Origin: an uncultured virus (IMG/VR IMGVR_UViG_3300030085_002899)
Taxonomy: Duplodnaviria; Heunggongvirae; Uroviricota; Caudoviricetes
Strand: one strand, 5' to 3'
Length of the DNA: 64,000 nt
IMG/VR virus record: IMGVR_UViG_3300030085_002899
Location: 1 to 64,000 of that record
The notes under the pieces are model-generated. The model had not been told where the DNA came from. It saw only the letters and a list, made by a program, of their open reading frames with translations, and ran no database searches. Below are positions 21,966-32,040 of the stretch, piece by piece. The stretch's first letter is position 1; the number at the start of each line of letters is the position of its first letter. Made by a program: the position numbers and the translations under genes.

Positions 21966-22730
21966 ATGTCTATATATACAATAGATACAAAAAAAGTTCG
22001 TGTAAAGGTAAGAAGACGTAAAAATCTTACAACCACTGATGATATACAATCAATTAGTGATGTTATTACAAATCAAGGTTTTACTGTAATTAATACTCAT
22101 AACCCTATTATACAAGCTAATGACCAAAATGCGTCTATAGTTTTTTCTAGCGCAGCTGTTTATCAGTTAGTGCAAGGTGCTTATGCTGAATATAATATTA
22201 ATGTAAAAGCTCATCTAATAGAATCTAAAGCTCCATTTTCTTATATACAAAGAATAAATAAATATATAAATAGCGTAGGTGAAGAAAACTTAGTAGATGA
22301 AGATGGTTTTTTTAGAAACGCTTTTTATGAAACGGTATTTGATGTGTATAATGAGGTAAAAGCTTTAAGCTTGATAACTGATGCTGATTATATAAATTCT
22401 ATTCAAAATTTAAGTTTACCTTTAGAGATTGTAGCAGTAAAATCAAATAGCGATGTTGTTGTAGGCGAGCAAGAAATAAATTTTAGTAGTGGTACAACTG
22501 TTAGTGAATTTTTTGAGCAACCTACTGTTCAGCTTTTAGGTTTTGATAGCTATGATGTTTCATTGCCTGGTCTTTTAGCTAATGAAATACCTAGGTTTTT
22601 TCTATTTACAGGAGAAAGATTTCAAAAAATAAATGTAACTATATCTGGAGGGGGTAATCCAGTGTTTACTAATTTAGCTTTTTACAACGCAACCTCTGTT
22701 ACCCTAGATACACCTATCAATAAAATTTAG
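21966..22730 (+). CDS. Hypothetical protein in the tail module
   Basis: 254-aa ORF in the operon. Confidence 0.55.
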   Translation: MSIYTIDTKKVRVKVRRRKNLTTTDDIQSISDVITNQGFTVINTHNPIIQANDQNASIVFSSAAVYQLVQGAYAEYNINVKAHLIESKAPFSYIQRINKYINSVGEENLVDEDGFFRNAFYETVFDVYNEVKALSLITDADYINSIQNLSLPLEIVAVKSNSDVVVGEQEINFSSGTTVSEFFEQPTVQLLGFDSYDVSLPGLLANEIPRFFLFTGERFQKINVTISGGGNPVFTNLAFYNATSVTLDTPINKI

Positions 22731-22738
22731 TATTTTTG
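22731..22738 (+). promoter_or_regulatory. TAnnTTTG -7 element
   Basis: TATTTTTG directly after a stop codon, with an ATG at 22742. Confidence 0.45.
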
Positions 22739-22741
22739 TGT

Positions 22742-22849
22742 ATGTATGTAAAAGTTTCTGTAGCTAAAAAAGTTATTAATATTTCTGTGAATGTAAAACC
22801 ACAGAAAGCAATTGCTGCAACAAAAAAACAACTTAAAATAAAAATATAA
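22742..22849 (+). CDS. Small 35-aa beta-strand peptide (MYVKVSVAKKVINISVNVKPQKAIAATKKQLKIKI), missing from the ORF track
   Basis: Fills the gap exactly; its stop overlaps the next ATG (TAATG). Confidence 0.55.
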   Translation: MYVKVSVAKKVINISVNVKPQKAIAATKKQLKIKI

Positions 22850-23277
22850 TGGCTTCTAAAATTTCTGCAGATGTATCTACTAAAATAGATATTACAGCTC
22901 GTAAGAATGATTCATTTTTCCTAGATATAACTGTAACTAATTCAGACGACACAGTATATGATTTATCAAGTTCAACTATAAGTTTTAATATATTTGACTC
23001 GCTAGGAACTAATATAAAAAAGTTTGATAATACAAGCGCAGGTACTAATAATACTAATTTTACAGAGTCATATAAACCAGGAACATTAACAAAAGTAGAC
23101 TCAACAGGGGTTATAACAATTAATGTACCAACTACAACTGTAGACTCGTCGGGTTCTAGTGACGTTACATATAGCAATATGAACTTATTATCTGGTAGCT
23201 ATCCTTATACTTTAGTCATTAACACTTCTACTGAAACTACTACAATATTACACGGTAAATTTAAGGTAATTGATTAG
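22849..23277 (+). CDS. BppU-N-like Ig-fold tail/fibre adaptor, paralog 2
   Basis: ADVSTKIDITARKNDSF...GSYPYTL...ILHGKFKV. Confidence 0.6.
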   Translation: MASKISADVSTKIDITARKNDSFFLDITVTNSDDTVYDLSSSTISFNIFDSLGTNIKKFDNTSAGTNNTNFTESYKPGTLTKVDSTGVITINVPTTTVDSSGSSDVTYSNMNLLSGSYPYTLVINTSTETTTILHGKFKVID

Positions 23278-25882
23278 TGTCTAATAAAGTAAATATATCA
23301 TTAACCTCTAAAGGTCAGCCTACAATTAATTTACAAATAGGTGATGGCGCAAAAAAGATTATAGAATCTGAAGCTGCTGTTCCTATTATATCTTTTGTTG
23401 CTACAGGCTCTAAAGGTGAGCAAGGTGCTCCAGGAACTGCTCTTTTAGATGATAACTCAGTTACTGCAACCCAAATAGCAGATGGTACTATAACATCTAC
23501 ACAGATACAAAATTTTACTATAAGCTCTAATGATATAGGAGCTCAACAAATTACATCAGCTAAGCTTGGTACGAATTCAGTTACAACAGATAAAATAAAC
23601 GCTGATGCTGTTACTTCTGCTAAAATAGCTGATAATTCAATTGGCGCAAATCATATTGTAGATGGCACTATAGTCAAAGAACTTATAACTGACCTTGCGC
23701 TAACTGGAGATAAAATTGCTAATGGTTCAATATCTACTATTAAATTAGCTAATGACTCTGTTAATGCTTCTAAAATTGCTAGCAAGACTATTACTGGCGC
23801 AGAACTAGCAGATAATTTATCTTTAACAGGGTTAACAAGAGTTATTAGATTGACAGTAGATGGTCAAAGTCCAGGATACATAGACGGGCCTGATAATGAT
23901 TTATTCTATGTACGCTCAAATAAAGATTTAATATTCGTAGTTGATGCAGACCAAAGTANNNNNNNNNNCAAGCCGATACATCTTTTTTTAAATTTCAAAA
24001 TGTATCTGGAACAAACTTGTTTACTATATCAGAAACAGGAGAAGCTGTTATTACAGGAAGTTTATCTGTAAATGGAAATATAACAGTTACAGGTACTGTA
24101 GATGGAATAGATATTAACACAGCGCTTTCTGTTGTACAATCTAATTTAACTAAAATATCGTATTTAACTGTTACACAGCCAGTTGACTTAGATGCAATGG
24201 AAACTAAGTTAAATGGTATATCTGATAATGAAGTTATTGACTGGACTACAGACCAGGGAAGTACTAATATACATGCTGGTAATTATACAGATACAAATAC
24301 AACTTATAGTATATCTTGTGTAGATGGAGATAATAGTGATGAAGAAAAGATAAGACTTACAGATAGTGGTGGCACAAATGACGATATAGTTTTAGAGGCA
24401 GGTACAGGACTTTCTATTGCTAGAAGTGGAGATAAAATTACTTTTACTAATACTGTAGCAGATACAGATACTGTTTTAACAGCAGAACAAGTCCAAGACA
24501 TAGTAGGAGCTATGTTTACGTCTAACACTGAAACAAGGATAGCTGTAACGTATGATGATAGTGACGGCACTATAGACCTTGTTGTAGATGATATGACTGC
24601 TGATACTAATACTCAGCTTACAAACGAACAGGTTCAAGATATTGTAGGTGCTATGGTCGATGGTGGTACTGAAACTAACATTGCTGTTACATATGATGAT
24701 ACTAGTGGAAAGCTAAACTTTGTATCTACAGATACTAACACTACATATTCAGAAGCTACAAGCTCTGATGCTGGTCTTATGTCTACTGCGCACCATGATA
24801 AGCTTGATGGTATAGCAGCAGGAGCAGAAGTTAATGTACAAAGTGATTGGAACTCTTCTAGTGGAGATAGTCAAATACTTAATAAGCCTACTATACCTGT
24901 AGACCTAACATCAGATGGTGCAGGTACTATACACGCAAATAATGTACCTACATTAAATCAAGACACTACAGGTACTTCTGCAGTAGCTACTACTGCTAGG
25001 GGATTACAAAGCACTGTTGATGGAGATATAGATATAACTTCTGATGGACATGTTACTATAAAGCTTGATAAAGATAATGATGAAACTTTTCAAAGACTTA
25101 AGATAACAAATAATGTAGACGCAGAAGTAGCTTATATATCTGAGGTAGGTGATTTTTTTATTCGAGGTAAAATAACGAATACTGGTTCAGATGCTAATTT
25201 GAATATTGAATCTGATGGTAATATGGTATTTGTTCTCGATAGAGACAATGATGAAACAGGGCAATATTTTTCTTTTAATAACTTCGTTACAGAAATAGCT
25301 AGGTTAGATGAGTCTGGTGATTTACAAATAGATGGCGGACTTATTACAGGTTCAAGCGCTAGTGTGCAAACTGGTACAATAGAGTTGGGGCATGCAAGTG
25401 ATACAACTATAGCAAGGTCAGCTGCAGGTACAGTTACCATAGAAGGTAATACTATAGCTACTACAAATAAAGTAATAGATGCTAAAACTGTTGCATATTG
25501 GAGTAGTTCTACTAGTGGTTTTTATATAACATTAAGTGGTGCAAGTACATCTGAAAATACAAGTTTATCTACTGCGTCATATACATTAATGTACGTTGCG
25601 CCTTATGATGGTAAGATTAAAAGAATAAGTTCTTTTCATCAAAACGCAGCATCAGGTACAAGTACATTCGAGGTATATATAGATGGTGATGACTCTGATT
25701 TAACTAATGACCAAAGGGGTAGTGATATGACTACATCTTCTTTTACTACAAAGTTTACAGAAGATTGTCCTGCTGATTGGACTTTTAGTAAAGGTGAGGC
25801 TATAGCAATAAAGCGTACAGATAGTGTAGCACGATATGGTGTTACAATGACGATTGTTTTTGAATATGATACAACAACATAA
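23277..25882 (+). CDS. Tail fibre protein, probably one gene split by the assembly gap at 23959-23968
   Basis: About 10-aa DNSVT.xKIA repeats and two EQVQDIVGAM repeats. The pre-gap DLIFVVDADQS continues naturally in the frame QADTSFFKFQNVSGTNLFTISETG, matching the later unit MVFVLDRDNDETGQYFSFNN. Confidence 0.65.
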
Positions 25883-26361
25883 TGGCATTAGCAGATAAAA
25901 AATACGAAAGAATATTCTCTACTACAGGTAGCGATTCTGATAAAATAGATAATAGTAAGTTTGCTAGAATTAAATCTAAGTTTGACAACAATGAATACTT
26001 AGAAGATGATGATTCTTTTGAAACTTTAGCTCCTTTACTATACCAAATACAAAAAATGCAAGATGAGCTTGATGAAATTAGAAGACATGTTGTAAATGAT
26101 ATTGTAGGTACACAAGGACCTCAAGGAGCAACAGGCCCACAAGGGCCACAAGGACCAGCAGGTGCTAAAGGAGATACAGGAGACACAGGGGCGAGAGGTG
26201 CTACTGGTGCAGCAGGGGCTAACGGACGAGATGGCTCTAATGGTAGAGATGGTACAACACCAACAATGACAGACTTAAGCGGAAGTAGCCTTCCTACTAG
26301 CAGCAGAGGTTTGTCTTCAGGTAAATTGTATAATGACAGAGGAATAGTTAAAATAGCATAA
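25882..26361 (+). CDS. Collagen-like (Gly-X-Y) fibre protein
   Basis: GTQGPQGATGPQGPQGPAGAKGDTGDTGARGATGAAGANGRDGSNGRDG. Confidence 0.8.
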   Translation: MALADKKYERIFSTTGSDSDKIDNSKFARIKSKFDNNEYLEDDDSFETLAPLLYQIQKMQDELDEIRRHVVNDIVGTQGPQGATGPQGPQGPAGAKGDTGDTGARGATGAAGANGRDGSNGRDGTTPTMTDLSGSSLPTSSRGLSSGKLYNDRGIVKIA

Positions 26362-26362
26362 C

Positions 26363-26794
26363 ATGGCAGCAATAAATACTGATATATCTCAGAAAATCGA
26401 CATTACTATTAAGGCTGAAGATTCTTTATCTTTAGTTCTTAATATAACAGATTCAACTGGCGCAGCATTTAACTTATCAGAATATTATGTGTTCTTTGAT
26501 ATATACGGAACAACATCTGATGACACATTAATAGCAGCGTCTAATTTAACTGCTAGAAATACAGAGTTAAGCGGTGATGACTTAACGCAATCTGATTATT
26601 TTAATATAGTTTCAGGGTATACATTAGATAAACCTGCCGCTGTAGTAGTAACTGATGCAACAGGAAAAATAGAGTTAACTCTTACATCTGATGAAACTTC
26701 TTTAACACCTGGCTCGTATAAATATAAAGTAAAATTAAAAAAAGGTACAACTATTAAAACATGGATGCATGGAAAATTCAAAGTCAATGAATGA
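26363..26794 (+). CDS. BppU-N-like Ig-fold tail/fibre adaptor, paralog 3
   Basis: TDISQKIDITIKAEDSL...PGSYKYKV...TWMHGKFKV. Confidence 0.6.
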   Translation: MAAINTDISQKIDITIKAEDSLSLVLNITDSTGAAFNLSEYYVFFDIYGTTSDDTLIAASNLTARNTELSGDDLTQSDYFNIVSGYTLDKPAAVVVTDATGKIELTLTSDETSLTPGSYKYKVKLKKGTTIKTWMHGKFKVNE

Positions 26795-26918
26795 TAAAAA
26801 GAAAAACGAAGAAATTGCAGAATCGCAATGGGAGTCATGGATTGTTGATTTAGAAGAGCAAGAACAACCAGAGGCGTGTAGTATTGATGATGATAACTGT
26901 GAAAACTGTGGTTCATAA
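26787..26918 (+). CDS. Small acidic 43-aa peptide ending ACSIDDDNCENCGS, missing from the ORF track
   Basis: Fills the gap, overlapping both the upstream stop and the downstream ATG (TAATG); C-x6-CxxC terminus. Confidence 0.6.
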   Translation: MNDKKKNEEIAESQWESWIVDLEEQEQPEACSIDDDNCENCGS

Positions 26919-29083
26919 TGAAAAATTTAATTTATATAATTCTATTTATTAGTTCTTACGCTTACTCTCAAGACACTATATTTGATTGTAATGGAATACT
27001 TGCACCTGAAGCCTGGCTAGGTGATGGATATTGTGATGACGGTTCTTACGTTTGGAATGATAATCCTATACACTTTGATTGTGAAGAGTTTGCTTACGAT
27101 GGGGGTGATTGCGAAGTACCTTTACCTGAAGGTATATACGGCTGTACTGACCCTGAAGCACCTAACTTTAACCCTTGGGCTGACTACGATGACGATAGTT
27201 GTGTAGGGGTAAGCTGCTCTGATGGTGAGTCTAAAATGATTCTACAGTTAACTTTAGACCAATTTCCTGGTGAAACTGGATGGATACTTACAGATATAAC
27301 AACAGGACAGCCAGTTGCTAATGTAGTAGCAGGAGAATATTCTTATGAACAATCTTACCAAACTATTATATACGATTTATGTGTACCTGAAACAGGTGTA
27401 GAACTTATATTAAGTGATATATATGGTGATGGTTTAGGAGGTTCTATGTATGGTGGAGGCTCAGATGGAAACTTTATTATACTAGGTGATGCACAACCTT
27501 GTGGTAGCCTAGATACTTTGTGGGCTTTACCAGAGGCTAACTTTGGTGGCGCTGCTTACTCAGGCCCTATATGGCTACAACAATGCGATATACCTATAAT
27601 AGAAGGCTGTACAAATAACACATATGTAGAGTTTAATTTTGAAGCTAACTTTGACGATGGTTCTTGTGAAACATTACATACACTAGGATGCGTAAACCCT
27701 AGTTCTTTTAACTATAATCCACAAGCTACATTAAATGAAATTATACCTATCTGCAATTACACTCTTATTATAGAAGATGACGGTGGTGACGGATGGGGAG
27801 ATTCTTATATAGGAATTGTTCAAGAAGACAGCATTCTTGGTACGTATACTATTGGTCCTGGATTATACTCTCAAGAATTTGATATAGTATTAGAAACTGA
27901 TAAAGCCGTTAAAGTATACTATTTTGAAGTAGCTAGTCCACAAACTCCCCTTGCAGAAGTTGCTTTTCAGACTATGCATAACTCATTTACACTTATAAAT
28001 TCTAACGATATTATTACACTTCAAGGAGGTGCTTACCCATTTGCTGAAAATGGTGCTGGTGCTTTACAGCCTTATGCTCCTCCATTTTGGAATGTATATA
28101 GCGCTATGCCTTTTTGTGGTGATTACTGTATACCTACAATATACGGATGTATGGATGAACAGTCTCTTAATTTTAATGAATTAGCTAATACGGACGATGG
28201 TAGCTGCATAGATATTATACAAGGATGTACATCACCTTTTGCTTTTAACTACGACTCTATCGCCAATGTAGATGATGGAAGTTGTGTTGCTATAGTTTAT
28301 GGTTGTATGAGTGAAAGCGCATGGAATTATAACCCATTTGCTAACACAGCAGATGAATCTTGTATATACTTTGGTTGTATGGATACATTAGCTGATAACT
28401 ACGACCCTATTGCCAACGTAGAGCTTGAAGGAGCTTGTTTTACGACAGTTCTTGGTTGTACCGACCCTGAAGCTTTTAATTATAATGAAGAAGCTAATAC
28501 AGAAGATTTTAGTTGTATACCAGTTATATTTGGATGCATGGATTCTACAGCATTCAATTACGACCCTATGGCTAATACAGAAGGTGAGTGTCTAGAAATT
28601 ATAGAAGGATGTATGGATGTAACAGCGTATAATTACGATGTTTTTGCTAATACAAATGCTGAATGTTTATATGACGCAGGATGTATTGGAGAACCAGGAG
28701 AACCTTATTGGTTAAATGATACATGTTACGCTTGGGTGATAATGGTAGACCCTTATTGTTGTAATACTGATTGGGATGAGAAATGTCAAGCATTGTATTG
28801 GAGTTGTAGTTGGGATAGTCCATTAGATACTAGAGATTTACTTAGAGGAAATGATGTTGTTATATACCCAAACCCTATGGATGATTTATTAAATGTACTA
28901 ACAAATGGTCCTGTAGGTATAAAAGTATATGATGTAACAGGAAAACTTGTAATTAAAGTAAAAGAATCACAAACTAAAGAAGGATTAAATCAGCTTGATG
29001 TAGGTTTATTACCATCAGGTATATACAACTTTAGCATTACATACGAAGGAGTAACTAGCAACCAAAAACTATTTAAAAGATGA
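26918..29083 (+). CDS. Secreted Cys-rich repeat protein with signal peptide and T9SS (Por) C-terminal sorting domain
   Basis: Signal peptide MKNLIYIILFISSYAYS-Q; ten GC(T/M/V)xxxxxN(Y/F)-type repeats; C-terminal IYPNP...VYDVTGKLV...LPSGIY...QKLFKR. Confidence 0.8.
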   Translation: MKNLIYIILFISSYAYSQDTIFDCNGILAPEAWLGDGYCDDGSYVWNDNPIHFDCEEFAYDGGDCEVPLPEGIYGCTDPEAPNFNPWADYDDDSCVGVSCSDGESKMILQLTLDQFPGETGWILTDITTGQPVANVVAGEYSYEQSYQTIIYDLCVPETGVELILSDIYGDGLGGSMYGGGSDGNFIILGDAQPCGSLDTLWALPEANFGGAAYSGPIWLQQCDIPIIEGCTNNTYVEFNFEANFDDGSCETLHTLGCVNPSSFNYNPQATLNEIIPICNYTLIIEDDGGDGWGDSYIGIVQEDSILGTYTIGPGLYSQEFDIVLETDKAVKVYYFEVASPQTPLAEVAFQTMHNSFTLINSNDIITLQGGAYPFAENGAGALQPYAPPFWNVYSAMPFCGDYCIPTIYGCMDEQSLNFNELANTDDGSCIDIIQGCTSPFAFNYDSIANVDDGSCVAIVYGCMSESAWNYNPFANTADESCIYFGCMDTLADNYDPIANVELEGACFTTVLGCTDPEAFNYNEEANTEDFSCIPVIFGCMDSTAFNYDPMANTEGECLEIIEGCMDVTAYNYDVFANTNAECLYDAGCIGEPGEPYWLNDTCYAWVIMVDPYCCNTDWDEKCQALYWSCSWDSPLDTRDLLRGNDVVIYPNPMDDLLNVLTNGPVGIKVYDVTGKLVIKVKESQTKEGLNQLDVGLLPSGIYNFSITYEGVTSNQKLFKR

Positions 29084-30174
29084 AAAAATTTCTAGAAAAT
29101 ATAACACCTAGTACTACATATATATCGTACTGGTTAATGCTAATTTTATTTTTTATTGTATTTTTCGGAGGAATTTCTACATGTAATGCACAAGGATTGC
29201 ATAAGATATTTAAGTACTCTACGTTTTACGCTGCAGTAAATGGTGGTACGTCTTTATCTGACGACCAAATATGGTCAGTTACTTCAGGCACATTAGAAGA
29301 AGATGTAATTGTTACACCATTTGATTACGCATTGTCTATAGGTATTAGAAAGATTAAGCGTTTTGGTTATGAAAATAGAGCTAATACTTTTTATAATGGT
29401 ACAGAAAATTCTTACAGTGATGCTGCTACAATAGGTAGAGTTGATGGTTTTGAATATTTATTCGAAGCTGACTTTGTACGTCGACTCGGTATAAACTATA
29501 CTAACCAGCATCACTTTGTAAGATATGTAGCAGACAACTGGGTTGGTAAGGTAGAGTATTTAGAGGATGGCTTTGCTGATATTAAATATTTTGAAGCATC
29601 ACAAAGATATAGACTAAAAGTAAGGGAAGGCAAGCTGTCATTTAACGGGGGTTTTGTGCAGAGACTTGCCGAGCCTTACGGATTTGACCCTCTTGCAGAC
29701 TGGGTTTTAGATAATGGTACTTTACATTACACATACCTAGCACTGCAAGAAGGATACAACATCAGCCTGGGGGGAGAGTATTTTTCACCTGACGGAGAGC
29801 TTGTAGCTAACAGTCAAGAAGTGTGGGAAGAGGTTGTAATACCTGAAGTTATAAATAATTATGTAGAAAAACAAAGAAACGCTTTAAAAGATATAGTAGA
29901 GTATTCTTTTGTAGCAGGTTTAGACTATTATCATTTTACAAAAAACTTTTGGTTTCACACTTGGGGTAATATAATGCCATACCATTTAGATACAGGTAAT
30001 AATTACTCTTATTATAACTTTAAAGGTAAACAATGGATTGACTATTCTTGTGGTTTAATATTTGGATATAGGTTTAATAAAAGTTTAGGTATATTTGTAG
30101 AAGGTCGATATAATAAATACTGGAATAGACAATGGCATAACTTCAGTGTAGGTGTCAATTATGTAATATTTTAA
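29080..30174 (+). CDS. Putative outer-membrane beta-barrel protein
   Basis: Hydrophobic N-terminal signal (CNA-Q), aromatic alternating strands, C-terminal VGVNYVIF ending in Phe. Confidence 0.6.
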   Translation: MKKFLENITPSTTYISYWLMLILFFIVFFGGISTCNAQGLHKIFKYSTFYAAVNGGTSLSDDQIWSVTSGTLEEDVIVTPFDYALSIGIRKIKRFGYENRANTFYNGTENSYSDAATIGRVDGFEYLFEADFVRRLGINYTNQHHFVRYVADNWVGKVEYLEDGFADIKYFEASQRYRLKVREGKLSFNGGFVQRLAEPYGFDPLADWVLDNGTLHYTYLALQEGYNISLGGEYFSPDGELVANSQEVWEEVVIPEVINNYVEKQRNALKDIVEYSFVAGLDYYHFTKNFWFHTWGNIMPYHLDTGNNYSYYNFKGKQWIDYSCGLIFGYRFNKSLGIFVEGRYNKYWNRQWHNFSVGVNYVIF

Positions 30175-30176
30175 TT

Positions 30177-30461
30177 ATGGCAAAAGAATTAAGTGAAGAA
30201 ACATCTTTTAATATAAGTTTAAAAACTTTAGCTGGTATAGCAGTTCTTATATTTACATTAGTGGGTATGTGGTTTACACTACAAAATGATATAGCAGAGG
30301 CTAAAGAATTACCATTACCTCTTGACCCTGAGATTACTCGTATGGAGTATGACATGAAAGACCAACTTATTAGGCAAACGATTATGTCTACTCAGGATGA
30401 TGTAAAAGAAATTAAAGACCACATGTTAAGACTTGAAAGTAAAATTGACCAATTGAATTAA
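30177..30461 (+). CDS. Single-TM coiled-coil membrane protein
   Basis: LAGIAVLIFTLVGMWF followed by a coiled coil. Confidence 0.6.
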   Translation: MAKELSEETSFNISLKTLAGIAVLIFTLVGMWFTLQNDIAEAKELPLPLDPEITRMEYDMKDQLIRQTIMSTQDDVKEIKDHMLRLESKIDQLN

Positions 30462-30763
30462 TGATTAAGCTGTTTTGGATTTTATTATTTATAACAGCAA
30501 TAGCAAAAGCACAAGTAATACAAAATGACAAACTTCTACATATGGGTGGAAGTTACGTTATAAGTTCTACAGTTGCATCTTTAGTATATAACAAAACTAA
30601 AAACAAAAAATGTTCTTTACTTTCTGGGTTAACAGTTTCAATGATTATTGGCGCAGGTAAAGAAATATACGATAGAAAACATGGTAGTCCTGATTGGAAT
30701 GACATGTTAGCAAATACAGTAGGGAGTACTTTAGGTGTAGTAACTATAAAAATAGCAATATGA
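30461..30763 (+). CDS. Small membrane protein (YfiM/VanZ-like DK..H...KE..D...D..AN motif)
   Basis: NDKLLH...GAGKEIYD...DWNDMLANTVG; signal peptide. Confidence 0.55.
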   Translation: MIKLFWILLFITAIAKAQVIQNDKLLHMGGSYVISSTVASLVYNKTKNKKCSLLSGLTVSMIIGAGKEIYDRKHGSPDWNDMLANTVGSTLGVVTIKIAI

Positions 30764-31095
30764 AAAATTTAATATTTTTATTATTAATACCTTGCATAAG
30801 TTTTGCCCAGGACTTTTCTGATGGTTTAGTTGTTGTTCATTTTAATGCTAGTTTTAATAGTGCAAACGAAGTTTCTTGGATAACAAACTTAACAGACTGT
30901 GAAGTAGAAAAAGTAGATATTGCAGCAGACCCTAGATGGTCTTCTGAATATAAAATAGTTGTAGTTCCTACTATAGTAGTCTTTAATAATAACGAAGAAG
31001 TAAAAAGGTTTCAGGCAAATATTATGATGACTATGGAAGCTACAAAAAAAGAAGTGCAAACTTCTATAGACGAAATAATTATGGAAGCATTTTAA
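30760..31095 (+). CDS. Exported thioredoxin-fold protein lacking CxxC
   Basis: VVVHFNASFN in place of F.A.WCxxC; KVDI...YKIVVVPTIVVF...EVKRF cis-Pro region; signal peptide. Confidence 0.65.
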   Translation: MKNLIFLLLIPCISFAQDFSDGLVVVHFNASFNSANEVSWITNLTDCEVEKVDIAADPRWSSEYKIVVVPTIVVFNNNEEVKRFQANIMMTMEATKKEVQTSIDEIIMEAF

Positions 31096-31103
31096 ATTAA
31101 ATT

Positions 31104-31553
31104 ATGAAACTAAGTAAGAACTTTGTATTATCAGAAATTACTCAAAGTAATACAGCAACAAGATTAGGTATAAGTAATGAACCAACTAAAGAACACTTGG
31201 AAAATATGCAAAGGCTTATTTCTAATCTTATACAGCCTATGCGTGACCGTATTGGTCCTATCCGTATCAGTAGTGGTTATCGCTCTAAAGAACTTAATCG
31301 TGCTATCGGTGGAAGTAATAAGTCACAACATTGCAAAGGCGAAGCTCTTGATTTGCAGTATTGGGAAAACGGCAAAATGAATAACAAAGTAATCTACGAT
31401 TGGATATTAAATTCAGGTTTAGAGTTTGACCAAATGATTAATGAGTTTGACTTTGCTTGGATACATATATCTTTAAAAGCTAAAGGCAACAGAAAGCAAG
31501 TATTAGAAGCTTACAAAGATGAGGATGGCGACACTAAATATAGATACGCATAA
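31104..31553 (+). CDS. Peptidase M15A-family endolysin
   Basis: LSKNFVLSE...ISSGYRS..LN..IGG...SQH..GEALD...WIHIS motifs. Confidence 0.85.
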   Translation: MKLSKNFVLSEITQSNTATRLGISNEPTKEHLENMQRLISNLIQPMRDRIGPIRISSGYRSKELNRAIGGSNKSQHCKGEALDLQYWENGKMNNKVIYDWILNSGLEFDQMINEFDFAWIHISLKAKGNRKQVLEAYKDEDGDTKYRYA

Positions 31554-31570
31554 GTTTTATATATATTATT

Positions 31571-31759
31571 ATGGCAAAAGACGCATGTTACAGAAAAGCA
31601 AAAGCAAAATATAGAGTATTTCCTAGTGCATATGCATCAGGGTATATAGCAAAATGTCGTAAACGTAAAGGAAATATTAAAAAACATGGCGGTGTAATGA
31701 AATCAAAATCAACTGCATGTTGTTGTAATATGGATAGATTTAGTAAACAATACGATTAA
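31571..31759 (+). CDS. Small basic conserved phage protein
   Basis: KDACYRK.K.KY.VFPSAYASG.I.KCRK; ends in KQYD. Confidence 0.65.
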   Translation: MAKDACYRKAKAKYRVFPSAYASGYIAKCRKRKGNIKKHGGVMKSKSTACCCNMDRFSKQYD

Positions 31760-32040
31760 TGGCTGTTCGTAAAACAAAAGCTGGTGCAAACCTAAAACGT
31801 TGGTTTAAAGAAAAGTGGAAGGACGAAAAAGGTAATCCTTGTGGCTCATCTAAAAATAAAAAAACAAAAAAATGCAGACCAACAAAAAAAATAAGCAGCA
31901 AAACTCCTGTAACGTGGAAAGGTGTGGGAAAAAGAAAAGCTGCTGTGGTTGCAGAAAAGAAAAAAGTAGGGATGGGCAAAAGGACAAGCGCAATCCGTAA
32001 AAAGAAAACCAATGCCAAGAAAAAAAGAAAATCCAATTAG
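31759..32040 (+). CDS. Small Lys-rich conserved phage protein
   Basis: LKRWFKEKW.D..G.PCG...CRP.KK.S.KTP.T. Confidence 0.65.
   Translation: MAVRKTKAGANLKRWFKEKWKDEKGNPCGSSKNKKTKKCRPTKKISSKTPVTWKGVGKRKAAVVAEKKKVGMGKRTSAIRKKKTNAKKKRKSN

Noticed and set aside
23959..24071. Apparent frameshift between ORFs 23277..24071 and 24017..25882
   Set aside because: It coincides with a 10-N scaffold gap of arbitrary length and the protein repeat pattern continues across it. This is an assembly artefact, not programmed frameshifting.
14484..26794. Diversity-generating retroelement or invertible tail-fibre cassette
   Set aside because: No reverse transcriptase, recombinase or nucleotide-level template/variable repeat pair was seen. 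The paralogy is evident at protein level only.
2176..26916. Many short antisense or nested ORFs in the ORF track (e.g. 4407..4637, 14162..14599, 20674..21141, 26121..26372)
   Set aside because: They lie wholly within longer, motif-bearing genes on the other strand or frame and show shadow-ORF composition.
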